This document shows, one piece after another, positions 50,301 to 61,949 of a stretch of 64,000 nt of DNA; position 1 is the first letter of the stretch; every line of letters starts with the position of its first letter. The notes beneath the pieces were generated by a model. The model had not been told where the DNA came from, did no database searches, and was given only the letters and a program-made list of their open reading frames with translations. The translations under genes and the position numbers were made by a program. Source of the stretch: Malacoraja senta (taxonomy: Eukaryota); NCBI GenBank assembly GCA_038087875.1, contig CM075981.1, forward strand, positions 1,364,001 through 1,428,000, read 5' to 3'.

Positions 50301-52867
50301 AGCAGGTCAGGCAGTATTTCTGGAGATAAAGGATAGGTGACAATTTTGGTCGAGACCCTTCTTCAGACTCTACTCTTGTTTTATGTTGTGTTCAAACCAT
50401 GATCACTGCATGGTATGATTTTTGGCACAGTGCTGTTATCTTAGTTGAATGTTGTTTCAAACCATAAAGGAAGTTAGATTAGATGCTCTGTTTTGTTAAC
50501 AGCAATACAGAGAAGAAGCCCCCAGAGGCTACAAGTTTACAGCTTTTTCTCCATTAACCTGCGGCACAGTGGCGCAGCTGGTAGAGCTGCTGCCTCACAT
50601 CGCCAGACCCCCGGGATCCATAAATCTCTCAGCTACTTTGTCAGATGATTTTACTCTCATAAATGCACATGACCCGGTCCCAATTGCTTGCTAAGATCAC
50701 ATTAACATTTCCTTGAAAAAATTTACAGAAGTGAGATGCTGAAATAATCTATTTGGGATTTTCCCATGCGGAGTGTCTCACTTCTCTGTTTTTCTTTCTG
50801 AGAAAATATAATGAAGGCGTTCAAAAGATGTCTCATCCTAGATCCGTACTAATTTAATTTGCCGAACCTAATGATTATTGAACACAGACACAATCATTTG
50901 ATGACCGCTATTAGTTATTTGCTGATTGTCTATCCAATCGTACACCTACTGTACCAGGGTCAAGACACAACTCCATGCAATGCTTTCAAGTGGTTAGTAA
51001 TTCTTATCCCCACACAGGTTGACTTTAAGGGCAGCAATCTGCCTTGAAATAGATTAAAGTGTGATATAATGATATCATTATCTTCTTTGTCCTTTATTAA
51101 CACAGAGAGATTGTATACCAACCTCCCTTCCATTTAGTCCATCTACACTACACGCTGCCTTGGCAAGGCCGCCAGCATAATCAGGGATGAGTCACACCCT
51201 GGACACTCCCTCTTCTCCCCTCTCCCATCAGCCAATGGTACAGAAATGTGAAAATGCATACTTCCAAATTCAGGGTCAGTTTCTTCCCAGCTGTTATCAG
51301 GAAACTGAACCATCCTCTCACCGACTAGATAGCGGTCCTAACCTCCCATGTACCTCATTGGAGACAGTCAGAATATCTTTACCCGGTCTTTACTGGACTG
51401 TATCTTCCATTAAATTTTATTCACATTGTCTTGTTTCTGCACACTGTGGATGGATGATTCTAATCATGCACAGGCATCATGCATGGAGCGAAGGAATAGG
51501 TGACGTTTCGGATCTCGACCCAGGGTCTCGACCCGAAACGTCGCCTATTCCTTCGCTCAATAGATGCTGCCTCACCCGCTGAGTTTCTCCAGCATTTTTG
51601 TCTACCTTCGATTTTTCCAGCATCTGGAGTTCTTTCTTAAACAGTAATCATGCATAGTCGTTCTGTTGACTGGAGAGCATGCAACAAAAAGCTTCTCACT
51701 GTACCACGGTACACGTGACGATAAACTAAACTAAACTAAACTTGCCAACTGGACTGTGAATGTCATCCTGGCCAAAGGTTTTGTGAAATGAGCACGAAGA
51801 GGTTTTTTTAAACTTACAATGTTGTTGAGGTTCAGTCGGACATGCAATCCCCCTTCCAACCAGTAAGGCTTGCCGGGGAAGTCTAACTTTTGGCAATTGT
51901 GTGTCAGGTTTGTACACGGGTTTTCTTAGCTGGTTGCGAGAATCAAACTTGGAATGAAGCAAAAAAAAACAGGAACAGTGGTGCAGTAGTAGAGTTGTCG
52001 TCTCACAGCGCCAGAGACCTGGATTCGATCCTGACATCATGCGCTGCCTGTGTGGAGTTTGCATGTTCTCCCTGCAACATTCGAGTTCTTTCCGGGTGCT
52101 CTAGTTTCCTCCTACATTCCAAATATGTACAGGTTTTGTGGTTCATTAGCATCTGTAAATTTCCCCCAGTGTGTAGGATCTGAAAATGGGATAACATTGA
52201 ACTACAATGATGTGGAATTGGTTGGCCCTAAGGGACTGTTTCCATTCTGTATCTCCAAACAAAACTAAATTGCCCATCATTAACAAGCTCCAGACATGAA
52301 ACGCGACCTGCCCTGAGATAAAAGTCCCAGCCAGGATCACACCCATCATAGTTCAGAACAAATCCCGCCCACATCAGCATGTCTTGCCCACCACAAGTTG
52401 CCTGCCAATGAGCCATTCCTTGTCCAAAGGGTATCAGAGATGTGGGTGTGGGTCTATGCCGCCTTTCCTGAAGACCTCTGTAGCCAACATGCAGCATAGC
52501 CATGGTGGTCCTCTCTCAACTACAGAAAGAGATCATTCCACAGATGTGTCCAGAGTTGGCACAATCCCGTCTGACTTTGTCCAGTTATCTGAACCTCGTA
52601 AGTTCATAAGTCATGCGAGTTGCATGGAGTCATAGCGTAACTACATTCTGTCATTTGATGAAAATTCACATTGATTCATGCAATTATTTATAGCCAGGGG
52701 GAACTTCTAGCTGTTTGTCAGCAATTGGCTCACTCTTGTTTCACAATCAGGTTTCCTGTTGCTTTCTTCATCATTTATATTGTAACATTTCTTCTCGATG
52801 AGAATTCAGTACGCTGGACTAAGAGCTGAACGATAAATGTCCCTGCATGAGGTCGGTATCTAAAACG

Positions 52868-52904
52868 ATGTTGCTGCCAATTCTTCTCATTTGTTTCTTG
52901 CCCG
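52868..52904 (+). CDS. Gene C leader exon MLLPILLICFLP
   Basis: ATG..CCC G|GTGAGT, 37 nt, phase 1, paralog of 33100. Confidence 0.82.
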
Positions 52905-55683
52905 GTGAGTAACATTCAGAATTTGACATTCTGATAATTAGTATTAGTTTGCACGTTTTACATTGTTTCCACTGCAGAGATGCAGTGTCATTAATGTTTA
53001 ATGTTTTATGTATCATTCCTAACTGTCACTGTATGTCATGTTGTCACTTGCGGGGGGAGTACCACAGCAAATTTCTTGTATGTGAATACTTGGCCAATAA
53101 ACTTATTCATTCATTCAGATGGTTAAAAATTTGTAGGTACGTAAAGCTGCAAAATGTTCAGCACATAATAATATCACCAGTATTGGAATATAGTCACGTA
53201 AACACACTCTCTCTGTAACATGGTACTACACAAATCATCACCAATGTATCCAATGTGCACTTCAAATAGCCCTTGCTTTACCTCTGTCTCTATCCCCTCC
53301 CCTTTCCCAGTTCTCCCACCAGTCTTACTGTCTCCGACTACATTCTATCTCTGTCCTGCCCACTCCACAGACATCAGTCTGAAGAAGGGTCTCGACCCGA
53401 AACGCCACCCATACCTTCTCTCCAGAGATGCTGCCTGTCCCGCTGAGTTACTCCAGCATTAGTGTCTACCAGCGGCATGATTATTGATTTCTCTAACTGC
53501 ATGGAACTGTTGCATTCCCTCTCTCTCCGTCCCTCTCCCACCCTAGTCTTCTTGCTAATTTCACCGTTTTTTATTCCTTTGTTATCACCTCATCCCCAGC
53601 CAACAGTGGACCATTGTGGACTCCACCTTTCTTGAGTTATCGATGCCGGCTCTGCGTTGTTCTGTACTTTCCCATACCTCTAGTTTCCCCCTCCCTGACT
53701 CACAGTCTGATGAAGGGTCTCGACCCAAATTGATTCCTATTCAAATTTCTCCAGAGATGCTGCCTGACCCGCTGAGTTACTCCAGCATTTTGCGTCTATC
53801 CCAGACGATGATTGATTGATGAAACAAGCAAAATGGGAGTTTATTTTTAGAAAGTTCATTTAAGTAATAGCTTCAAAGTGTTGTTGCACCCATTCCATTT
53901 TATAAAAACTTTAACATCCTAGTTCTTATTAAAAGCTGTTGTGGAATAACATTGTCTCCACATAGGTTCTCTCCAAATTATACTACACATATTCTTTAAT
54001 ATACGATGTATGAAAAATAAAATGGCTCCAGATCATGGATGAAGAACTAAAATGAGGAACTTGACAGCTTCGACAGCATTCTCAACATTAGTAATCATTT
54101 TTCTATATCATATATATGGTCTATGGTATATCGACACTGAACTTTTATCTCCTGTTCTGTATTACGTTTACATATTCTGTTGTGCTGCATCAAGCAAGAA
54201 TTTTATAGTCCTATCTGGGACACATGACAATAAAACTCTCTTGCATCTTGACTCTTTTACCATTCTAGTCTAATCTTGCTGTAGACCACGGTAACCCTTC
54301 TGTCCCCTTTGTCAAATGGAACTTCTGCCAATGTCACTGATTGTCAAAGCCATATTTTATGGTCATTCTCAATGTCTTTCTGGGCCATTACAAGCAGACA
54401 ATTAGTGGTCACACATTTTAGTGGATTTGGAAGGTGACTTATAAAGAGGAGAGTGGGAGCGGGGGCTGAGGCAGGGGCATGTAGGTGGCAGATGCGGAGG
54501 GGGAGATTTGAGACATGAGGCCAGTGTGTGGTCGGGGTAAAAGACAAGGGGTTAAACAAGGTTCAAGTGAAATAGATGGAGATATCTGGTGGTGAGTAGA
54601 CTTACCGAGCAACAGTATCCCCAACACTACCGCACTCTCTCTGTGAGCAGCACGGTGGCACATGGGTAGAGTTGATGCCTCACAGCTCCAGAGACCCAGG
54701 TTCGATCCTGACTACATGTGCTGTCTGAACGGAGTTCGTGTGACCATGTGGGTTTACCTGTGACCATGTGGGTTTTCTCTGCATGCTCCGACTTCCTCCC
54801 ACACTCCAAAGACGTGCAGGTTTGCAGGATAATTGACTTCACTAAAAATGTACATTGTCCTTAGTATGTCTAGTGGAATGGTGTTCGTGTACGGAGATCA
54901 CTAGCTAGCGTGGACTTGGTGGGCAGAAGATCCAGTTTCCACGCTGTATCTTGAAAGTAAAGTATAAAGTCAGTTCTTCAAGGCAGTGGAGGGTGACCCA
55001 GGGATTCATCCTAGATGTCTGGAGTGGAAAGTAACCCTAGAATGTACTGACCCGGGTGGCGGGAGTACAGACATGGCTGGTCCAACAATGGTAATGACTG
55101 CACTTCAGACTAAAATCATTGGGGAACAAAGGGCTGAAAAGTGCCATGCATGGAGAGGGAGCGCAAATTGGTGGATGACAAAGGAGGCTTCCCCTCCCCC
55201 GCCATTACCACCCCACCCCCACCCCCCATTACCAACCCCTCTCGGCCAGCTTTCCCCTTCCTACTAAAGTTTGCCTGAGTAAAGGTTCTGACCCAAATCG
55301 TCACCTACCCATTCCCTCCACATATGCTGCCTGATCTGCTGAGTAACACTTTTTTTTTAATACAAATACTTTTACTCAGAAACAAAACAAACATACAAAA
55401 AAAAGTAACACAATAAAAACTGCCTTTGTGGCATTTTACAAAAGAATTACCATCAATTTTAAAAATAACGTGGGCATCATCGGTATTACATTCGACCTCC
55501 CGCGGTGACCAGCGTTCACGCAAGGCCTCCAAAGTCGCTGAGTTACACCGGAACTTTGTGTTTGGCTCAAGGGTAAGTGAATGTCCAGACACGGGTTGGA
55601 CCATTTGTCGTTGGTTTGGGCAAGTGAGGGTGGGCCAGCAAACGCTGTGATAAGTGGATTTGTCCTGTACATTTTCCTCTCAG

Positions 55684-55825
55684 ATTCAGGTGCACTGTAG
55701 CCAAAGCAATATGCAAGAGGATTTGTTGGAAGAGCGATCACAATCGATTGTTATTTTGGAGATGAGTAGCGCTCACACACAAAATACTGGTGTCTTTGGA
55801 GGAGTCACCAGTGTACACTTTTAGT
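55684..55825 (+). pseudogene. Gene C dead V exon fragment
   Basis: Same TAG (55698-55700) and same Penelope truncation point as 35794-35935, plus an additional stop. Confidence 0.85.
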
Positions 55826-55829
55826 TTAA

Positions 55830-56620
55830 GAAAGCACTGCAGATGCTGGAAAGTCGAAGGTAGACAAAAATGCTGGAGAAACTCAGCAAGTGAGGCAACA
55901 TCTATGGTGCGAAGGAAATAGGCGACGTTTCGGGTCGAGACTCTTCTTCATACTGATGTGGGGATGTGGGGGGCGGGAAGAAGAAAGGAAGAGGCGGATA
56001 CAATGGGTTGTGGGAGATCTGGGAAGGGGAGGGTAAAGAGGGACTACCTGAAATTGGAGAAGACAATGTCCGTACCGCTGGGGTGTAAACCACCCAAGCG
56101 AAATATGAGGTCCTGCTTCTCCAAATTACGGTGGGCCTCACTCTGGCCATGGAGGAGGCCCAGGTAAGAAAGATCGGATTCGGAATGGGATGGGAAGTGC
56201 TGATCCACTGGGAACTCAGGTTGGTTATTGCGAACCGAGCGGAGGTATTGGGTGAAGCGATCGCCAAAGCCTCCGCTTGGTCTCTCCGACAGAGAGCAGC
56301 TGACACCGAGAACAGCGGATGTAATACATGAGGTGCAGGTGAACCCCTGCCACACCTGGAAAGACTGCTTAGCTCCTTGGATGGAGTCAAGGGGGGAGGT
56401 AAAGCGACAAGTGCAGCATTTCCTGCGGTTGCAAGGGAGAGGGTGTAGTTTGGGTGGGAAGGGACGAATTGTCCAGGGAGTTACGGACGAAACGGTCTCT
56501 GCGCAAAGCCGAAAGGGGAGGAGATGGGAAGATGTGGCCAGTGGTGAGATCCCATTGGAGGTGGCGAAAATGTCGGAGGATTATCTGGAGAATGTGACGG
56601 CTGGTAGGGTGGAAGGTGAG
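55830..56620 (-). mobile_element. Penelope-like fragment, paralog of 35945
   Basis: Same junction with the V remnant and same motifs; extends further 5'. Confidence 0.85.
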
Positions 56621-56664
56621 GACTAGGGGACTCTGCCCTTGTTACTAGTGGAGGGATAGAAAAC

Positions 56665-58110
56665 AAAGAAAACATAGAAAATAGGTGCAGGAGTAGACTA
56701 TTCGGCCCTTCGAGCCTGCACCGCCATTCAATATGATGATGGCTGATCATCCAACTCAGTAGCCTGTACCTGCCTTCTCTCCATACCCCCTGATCCCTTT
56801 AGCCACAAGGGCCACATCTAACTCCCTCTTATATATTGCCAATGAACTGGCCTCAACTACTTTCTGTGGCAGAGAATTCCACAGATTCACACTCTCTGTG
56901 TGAATTTTTTTTCTCATATCAGTCCTAAAAGACTTCCCCCTTATCCTTAAACAGCGATCGCTTGTTCTGGACTTCCCCAACATCGGGTACAATCTTCCTG
57001 CGTCTAGCCTGTCCAACCCCTTAAGAATGTTGCAAGTTTCTATAAGATCCCCCGTCAATCTTTTAAATTCTAGCGAGTACAAGCCGAGTCTATCCAGTCT
57101 TTCTTCATATTAGTCCTGCCATCCCAGGTATCAGTCTGGTGAACTTTCTCTGTACTCCCTCTATGGCAAGAATGTCTTTCCTCTGATTAGGAGACCAAAA
57201 CTGTACGCAATACTCCAGGTGTGGTCTCACCAAGACCCCGTACAACTCCCTGCTCCTATACTCAAATCCTTTTGCTATGAATGCTAACATACCATTCGCT
57301 TTCTTCGCTGCCTGCTGCACCTGCATGCCTACTTTCAGTGACCGGTGTACCATGACACCCAGGTCTCGTTGCATCTCCCCTTTTCCTAATCGGCCACCAT
57401 TCAGATAATAGTCTACTTTCCTGTTTTTGCCACCAAAGTGGATAATCTCACATTTATCCACATTATACTGCATCTGCCCTGCATTTGCCCACTCACCCAG
57501 CCTATCCAAGTCATCTTGCTGCCTCCTAGCATCCTCCTCACAGCTAACACTGCCCCCCAGCTTTGTGTCATCCGCAAACTTGGAGGTGTTGCATTCAATT
57601 CCCTCGTCCAAATCATTAATATATATTGTAAATAGCTGGGGTCCCAGCACTGAGCCTTGCGGTACCCCACTAGTCACTGCCTGCCATTCTCAAAAGGACC
57701 CGTTTACTCCTACCCTTAGCTTCCTGTCTGCCAGCCAGTTCTCTATCCACATCAATACTGAACCCCCAATACCGTGTGCTTTAAGTTTGTATATTAATCT
57801 CTTATGTGGGACCTTGTCGAAAGCCTTCTGAAAGTCCAGATATAACACATCGACTGGTTCACCCTTATCCACTCTACTAGTTACATCCTCGAAAAATTCT
57901 ATAAGATTCGTCAGACATGATTTACCTTTCATAAATCCATGCTGACTTTGTCCAATGATTTCACCACTTTCCAAATGTGCTGCTATCCCATCTTTAATAA
58001 CGGACTCTAGCAGTTTCCCCACTACTGATGTTAGATTAACTGGTCTGTAATTCCCTGTTTTCTCTCTCCCTCCCTTTTTAAAAAGTGGTGTTACATTAGC
58101 TACCCTTGGG
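56665..58110 (-). mobile_element. CR1-type LINE, 5'-truncated, with reverse transcriptase domain
   Basis: QHGFMKGKSCLTNL, YLDFQKAFDKV, SGVPQGSVLGP, KFADDTKL in minus-strand ORFs 57690..58022 and 57105..57677. Confidence 0.92.
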
Positions 58111-58270
58111 GTTACATTAGCTACCCTTGGGGTTACATTAGCTACCCTGGAGTTACATTAGCTACCCTGGGGTTACATTAGCTACCCTGGGGTTACATTA
58201 GCTACCCTTGGGGTTACATTAGCTACCCTGGGGTTACATTAGCTACCCTTGGGGTTACATTAGTTACCCT
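58090..58270. repeat. 20/21-bp tandem array GTTACATTAGCTACCCT(T)GGG, 9 copies
   Basis: Units start at 58090, 58111, 58132, 58152, 58172, 58192, 58213, 58233 and 58254; no spacers. Confidence 0.92.
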
Positions 58271-59056
58271 ATATTTTCCTGGACGTATTTTCTCACTCGG
58301 TCAATAAAGCAAGCCATTAGTTGGTAGCTAAAGTGAGGTAATTTGCCGAATATTGTACTCTGCGGTCTCCTTCCATTCACAATTGCTAGATCTTCTGGGA
58401 AGTCACCAGCCGACACTAAGACCGGGAGATGCCGCTCCCAGCAGCGTGACGAGCAACGGACGAGGAAACGCCGGCAATGCTGAGGGGACAGAAGAGACAA
58501 TGTTGGTTTGGAAGATAGACAAAATACTGGAATAACTCAGCTGATCAGACAGCATCTATGGAGCTAAGGATCTAGACCTACAGACTGAGAGTCAGGGGAA
58601 AGGGAAACGAGAGATATAGACAGTTGTGGAGAGAGATATAGAACAAATGAATGATATATATGTAAAAAAGTAACAATTATAAAGGAAACAGGCCATTTCT
58701 AGCCGTGCGATAAGTGAGAACGAGTTACAGGCAATGAGATTCAACAAGAAACTGGTACAACTTGGGTGGTGGAGGGATGGACGGAGAGTGGATGCAAGGT
58801 TTAATTGAAGTTTGAGATATCAATATTCATACCATTGGGGTGTAATCTGCCGACGGAAAATATGAGATGGTGTTCCATACCACTGGGTTGGAGATGGCAG
58901 AGACGCTTCCAATTCAAACGAGGGCAAGTCCATTCAGTGATTGATGATCTGGTCCAAAGTTAGTGTGGGGGGGTGAATGTTGTCCAGCGCACCCCTAATC
59001 ATTCCGAATGTTCACCTGATTTTTCCTGTTCATTTTCAGAAGATTTGTCCTCTCAG

Positions 59057-59374
59057 TTGCAGGTGCGGTGTGGGGAAAGACATATGTAGGAGGAGCTGTA
59101 GGAAGAGCGGTCACAGTCGATTGTCACTATGAAGCAGAGTACCGCTCACGCCCAAAATACTGGTGTCACGGGTGGACTCGCCAGTGTACAGTTCTAGTGA
59201 AAACAAATGGGCAACGCGAACGGAGTGGAGTGTCAATCACAGATAACCCGGCACGAAGAATATTTACTGTGACTGTGGAGCATCTTCACTCTGGAGATAC
59301 AGGATGGTACAGCTGTGGAATTACTGCACCTGGCTTGGATCCAATGTTAAACGTTGATCTTCATGTATCTGACG
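59057..59374 (+). CDS. Intact V-set Ig exon (V4), probably gene C
   Basis: ctctcag|TT GCA GGT acceptor (alternative start 59063), G|GTAGGT donor at 59375, open, four Cys (ORF 59068..59394). Downstream exons are not in the window. Confidence 0.85.
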
Positions 59375-60099
59375 GTAGGTGTCGCAGCGATTAACTTGAC
59401 GTCTCCACTGAAATGACTGATCCTCGTTTTCTCTGGGAAGGGTCAGGGCAGCACCGATATCCCGAGGCTCCGCAGCAGTGCAGAGACCTGCGGGGCGCGG
59501 GCGGGTGTCGGGAAACCCCACTCATGTTGCTCTCACCCAGTGCGGGCTCTGTCCCACTGAGCGGCCACCCACTTCAAGTGGGATGCTCAGCACATTTCCG
59601 TGCCTCTGAACTGCATGAAATGTCACCCTGTCAGAGGTTTGCATTCCCACTCAAACTAATAATCTGACAGGAACAGATCAGTGAGAAACAAGTGTTGCTC
59701 AGGGTCTAAATACCTGGAGAATCGTAAACAGGGAATCAGACTCGTGAGTTCAACAGACTGCGTTCGGTCCTCGCGGCCCAGGCCAGCCCGCTCCCCGCCC
59801 CTAACTCAGGGATCATTCACTCCATCCCCACCCATCGGTCTCTCTCTCTCTCTCTCTCCCTCTGTCCCGTCAATGCGCCCCCACCCCCAGCAGGTGCAGA
59901 CCACCCACCGCCCGGCAGCCAGCCAGCCTCTCCACCCGGCCCAATCTCGGTGGAAAATTGAGTAAAGCAATCCTAATCAGACCTTTCAGGAAATTCCGGG
60001 CGACCTCCACCTTCCCCGATTTTCTGGGATTCTCAGACTGACAATATCTCTCGCTGTCTCCACCCCGATATCAGCACCAATGGCCTGCAAACAGAAAAA

Positions 60100-60330
60100 A
60101 AAAGACATACTAAACTGGGATACATTCATGGCCCCTCTAAGGAACCATGCTCCTACCTGGTCGAAGTCGATGGTGTCCTCTACAGACGCAACCGTCAACA
60201 TCTCCTTCCTGTGAAGGAACGTTGTTCGGCATCCCAGGGTCCTGATGCCCCACCGCTCGAGTTGAAACCGACGTCTGTTGCGGCTGTTCCAGCAATGCCG
60301 CTACCGGGTCCGCCCACTCCCCGCATCGGT
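60100..60330 (+). mobile_element. Ty3/Gypsy integrase C-terminal fragment
   Basis: EPCSYLVEVDGVLYRRNRQHL resembles the SYxV..RRNRxHL motif of Gypsy polyproteins. Confidence 0.6.
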
Positions 60331-60424
60331 CTGTCCCTGCGTCCCCTGTTGTAATCTGCACCCCGGGTCCCAGCGTCGGTCCACCCCAGGCTCCCCGCGG
60401 CTGCCTCCCCCCCACAAACCCACA

Positions 60425-60479
60425 ATCACTACACCTAGCTGGGATCCAATGTTTAACGTTCAGCTCCAAGTATCTGACG
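60425..60479 (+). pseudogene. 3' remnant of another V exon (ITTPSWDPMFNVQLQVSD)
   Basis: Matches the end of V1/V2/V4 and is followed by the same donor and homologous intron; the 5' part is missing. Confidence 0.8.
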
Positions 60480-60859
60480 GTACGTTTCGCAACGATTGAC
60501 TTGATGTCTCCACAGAAATGCCTGATCCATGTTTTCTCCGGGAAGGGTCACTTCAAGTGGGATGCTCAGCACACTGCCCTGCCTCTGAACTTAAAAAAAA
60601 AACGTCAGAGGTTTGCATTCCCACTCAAACTATTAATCCGACAGGTACAGATCAGTTAGAAACAAGTGTGCTCGTAGTCTGAATACCCGGAGAATCAGTC
60701 CCCAGAACTCAACAGACTGCGTTCAGTCCTCCCGGGGAAGGCCAGCCCACTCCCCACCTCCACCTCAGGGATCAGTCACTTCCTCCCCACCCAGCACGCT
60801 CTGTCTCTTCCCTCTGCCCCGTCAATGCGCCCCCACCCCCAGCAGTCACTGTCCACCCA

Positions 60860-61560
60860 CCGCCCAGCAGTCAGCCAGCCTCTCCACCCCGACATTTCCC
60901 CGGTGGTAAGGAGAATAAATTCATCTTTCGCCCCATCAGCCGTCGCACACAGCATATAATGCACCAACACTTTCGCCACTTCCATCGGGATCCCACAACT
61001 AGCCACGTCTTTCCATCTCCACCGCTTTCTGCTTTCCGAAGTGACCTTTCCCTCCGCAACTCCCTGGTCAACTGGTCCTTTCCCACCCAAACCACCCCGT
61101 CCCCAGGTACATTCCCCTACAACTGCAGCAGATGCAACACCTGTCCCTATACATCTTCCGTCCACTCCGTCCACTCAGTCCAATGACTCCAACAGTCTTT
61201 TCTGGCGAGGAAGAGGTTAACTTCCATCTCCTCTAACCTCATCTACTCTATCCGCTGTTCCAGATGTGAACAAACGGATATAGTAGATGGGAGACCAAGC
61301 GCACAGTCGGCGATCGTTTCGCTGAAAAACTCCGCTCACTCTGCATTGGCGTACGCTACTCCCGATTGCTAAACACTAACTCCCCCTCCCATTCCCAAAC
61401 TGATCTTTCTGTCCTGGACCTCCTCCACTGTTAGAGTGAGGCCAAACGGAAATTGGAGGGGAAAAAACTCATATTTCGCTTGGGCAGCTTACAACCCAGC
61501 GGTATGAATATTGACTTCTCAAACTTCAATTAACCCTTGCTTTACTCCTGTCTCCACCGC
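60860..61560 (+). mobile_element. Penelope-like fragment in the V-associated intron (shorter paralogs about 1270-1520 and 3270-3500)
   Basis: HFRHFHRDPTTSHVFPSPPLSAFR and the GIY-YIG region. Confidence 0.75.
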
Positions 61561-61949
61561 GCCCTAGTTCTCCATTTTGTTTCACTGTCCTCCTGATTAT
61601 ATTTTACTGATTGTATGCCTCGTTGTCACCTTCCCTTCATCTGACAGATCCAATCTATGTGTTCCTTTAACAGTCACCTTTGATCATTGGTTTCATCCTT
61701 ACTCTTCCATTTCTCTTCTGTTACCCTGAACACGACTCTCAGGTTGAAGAAGTGTCACTACCCGATACTTCACCCATTCCTTCTTTCGAGAGATGCTGCC
61801 TGCTCCGCTGAGAGACCCCTCCATTTTGTGTCTATCTTAAAGAGATCGTGATTAGTTTTCGCCTTTAATTTCCAAGGAATTGAATAGTGTTTTTGGCAAG
61901 CTGGTCTTCATCAGTGAGAACATTCAGAACACAATTTAAGATAATATGC

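Noticed and set aside
58090-58270. CRISPR-like or telomere-like array
   Set aside because: No spacers, eukaryotic context, unit continuous with the CR1 sequence, and not TTAGGG.
481-59374. Rearranging Ig/TCR V segments
   Set aside because: Each V exon ends in a splice donor after its own G strand; no flanking RSS, J segments or C1 domains seen; the extra C-C' Cys pair points to CD300/pIgR type.
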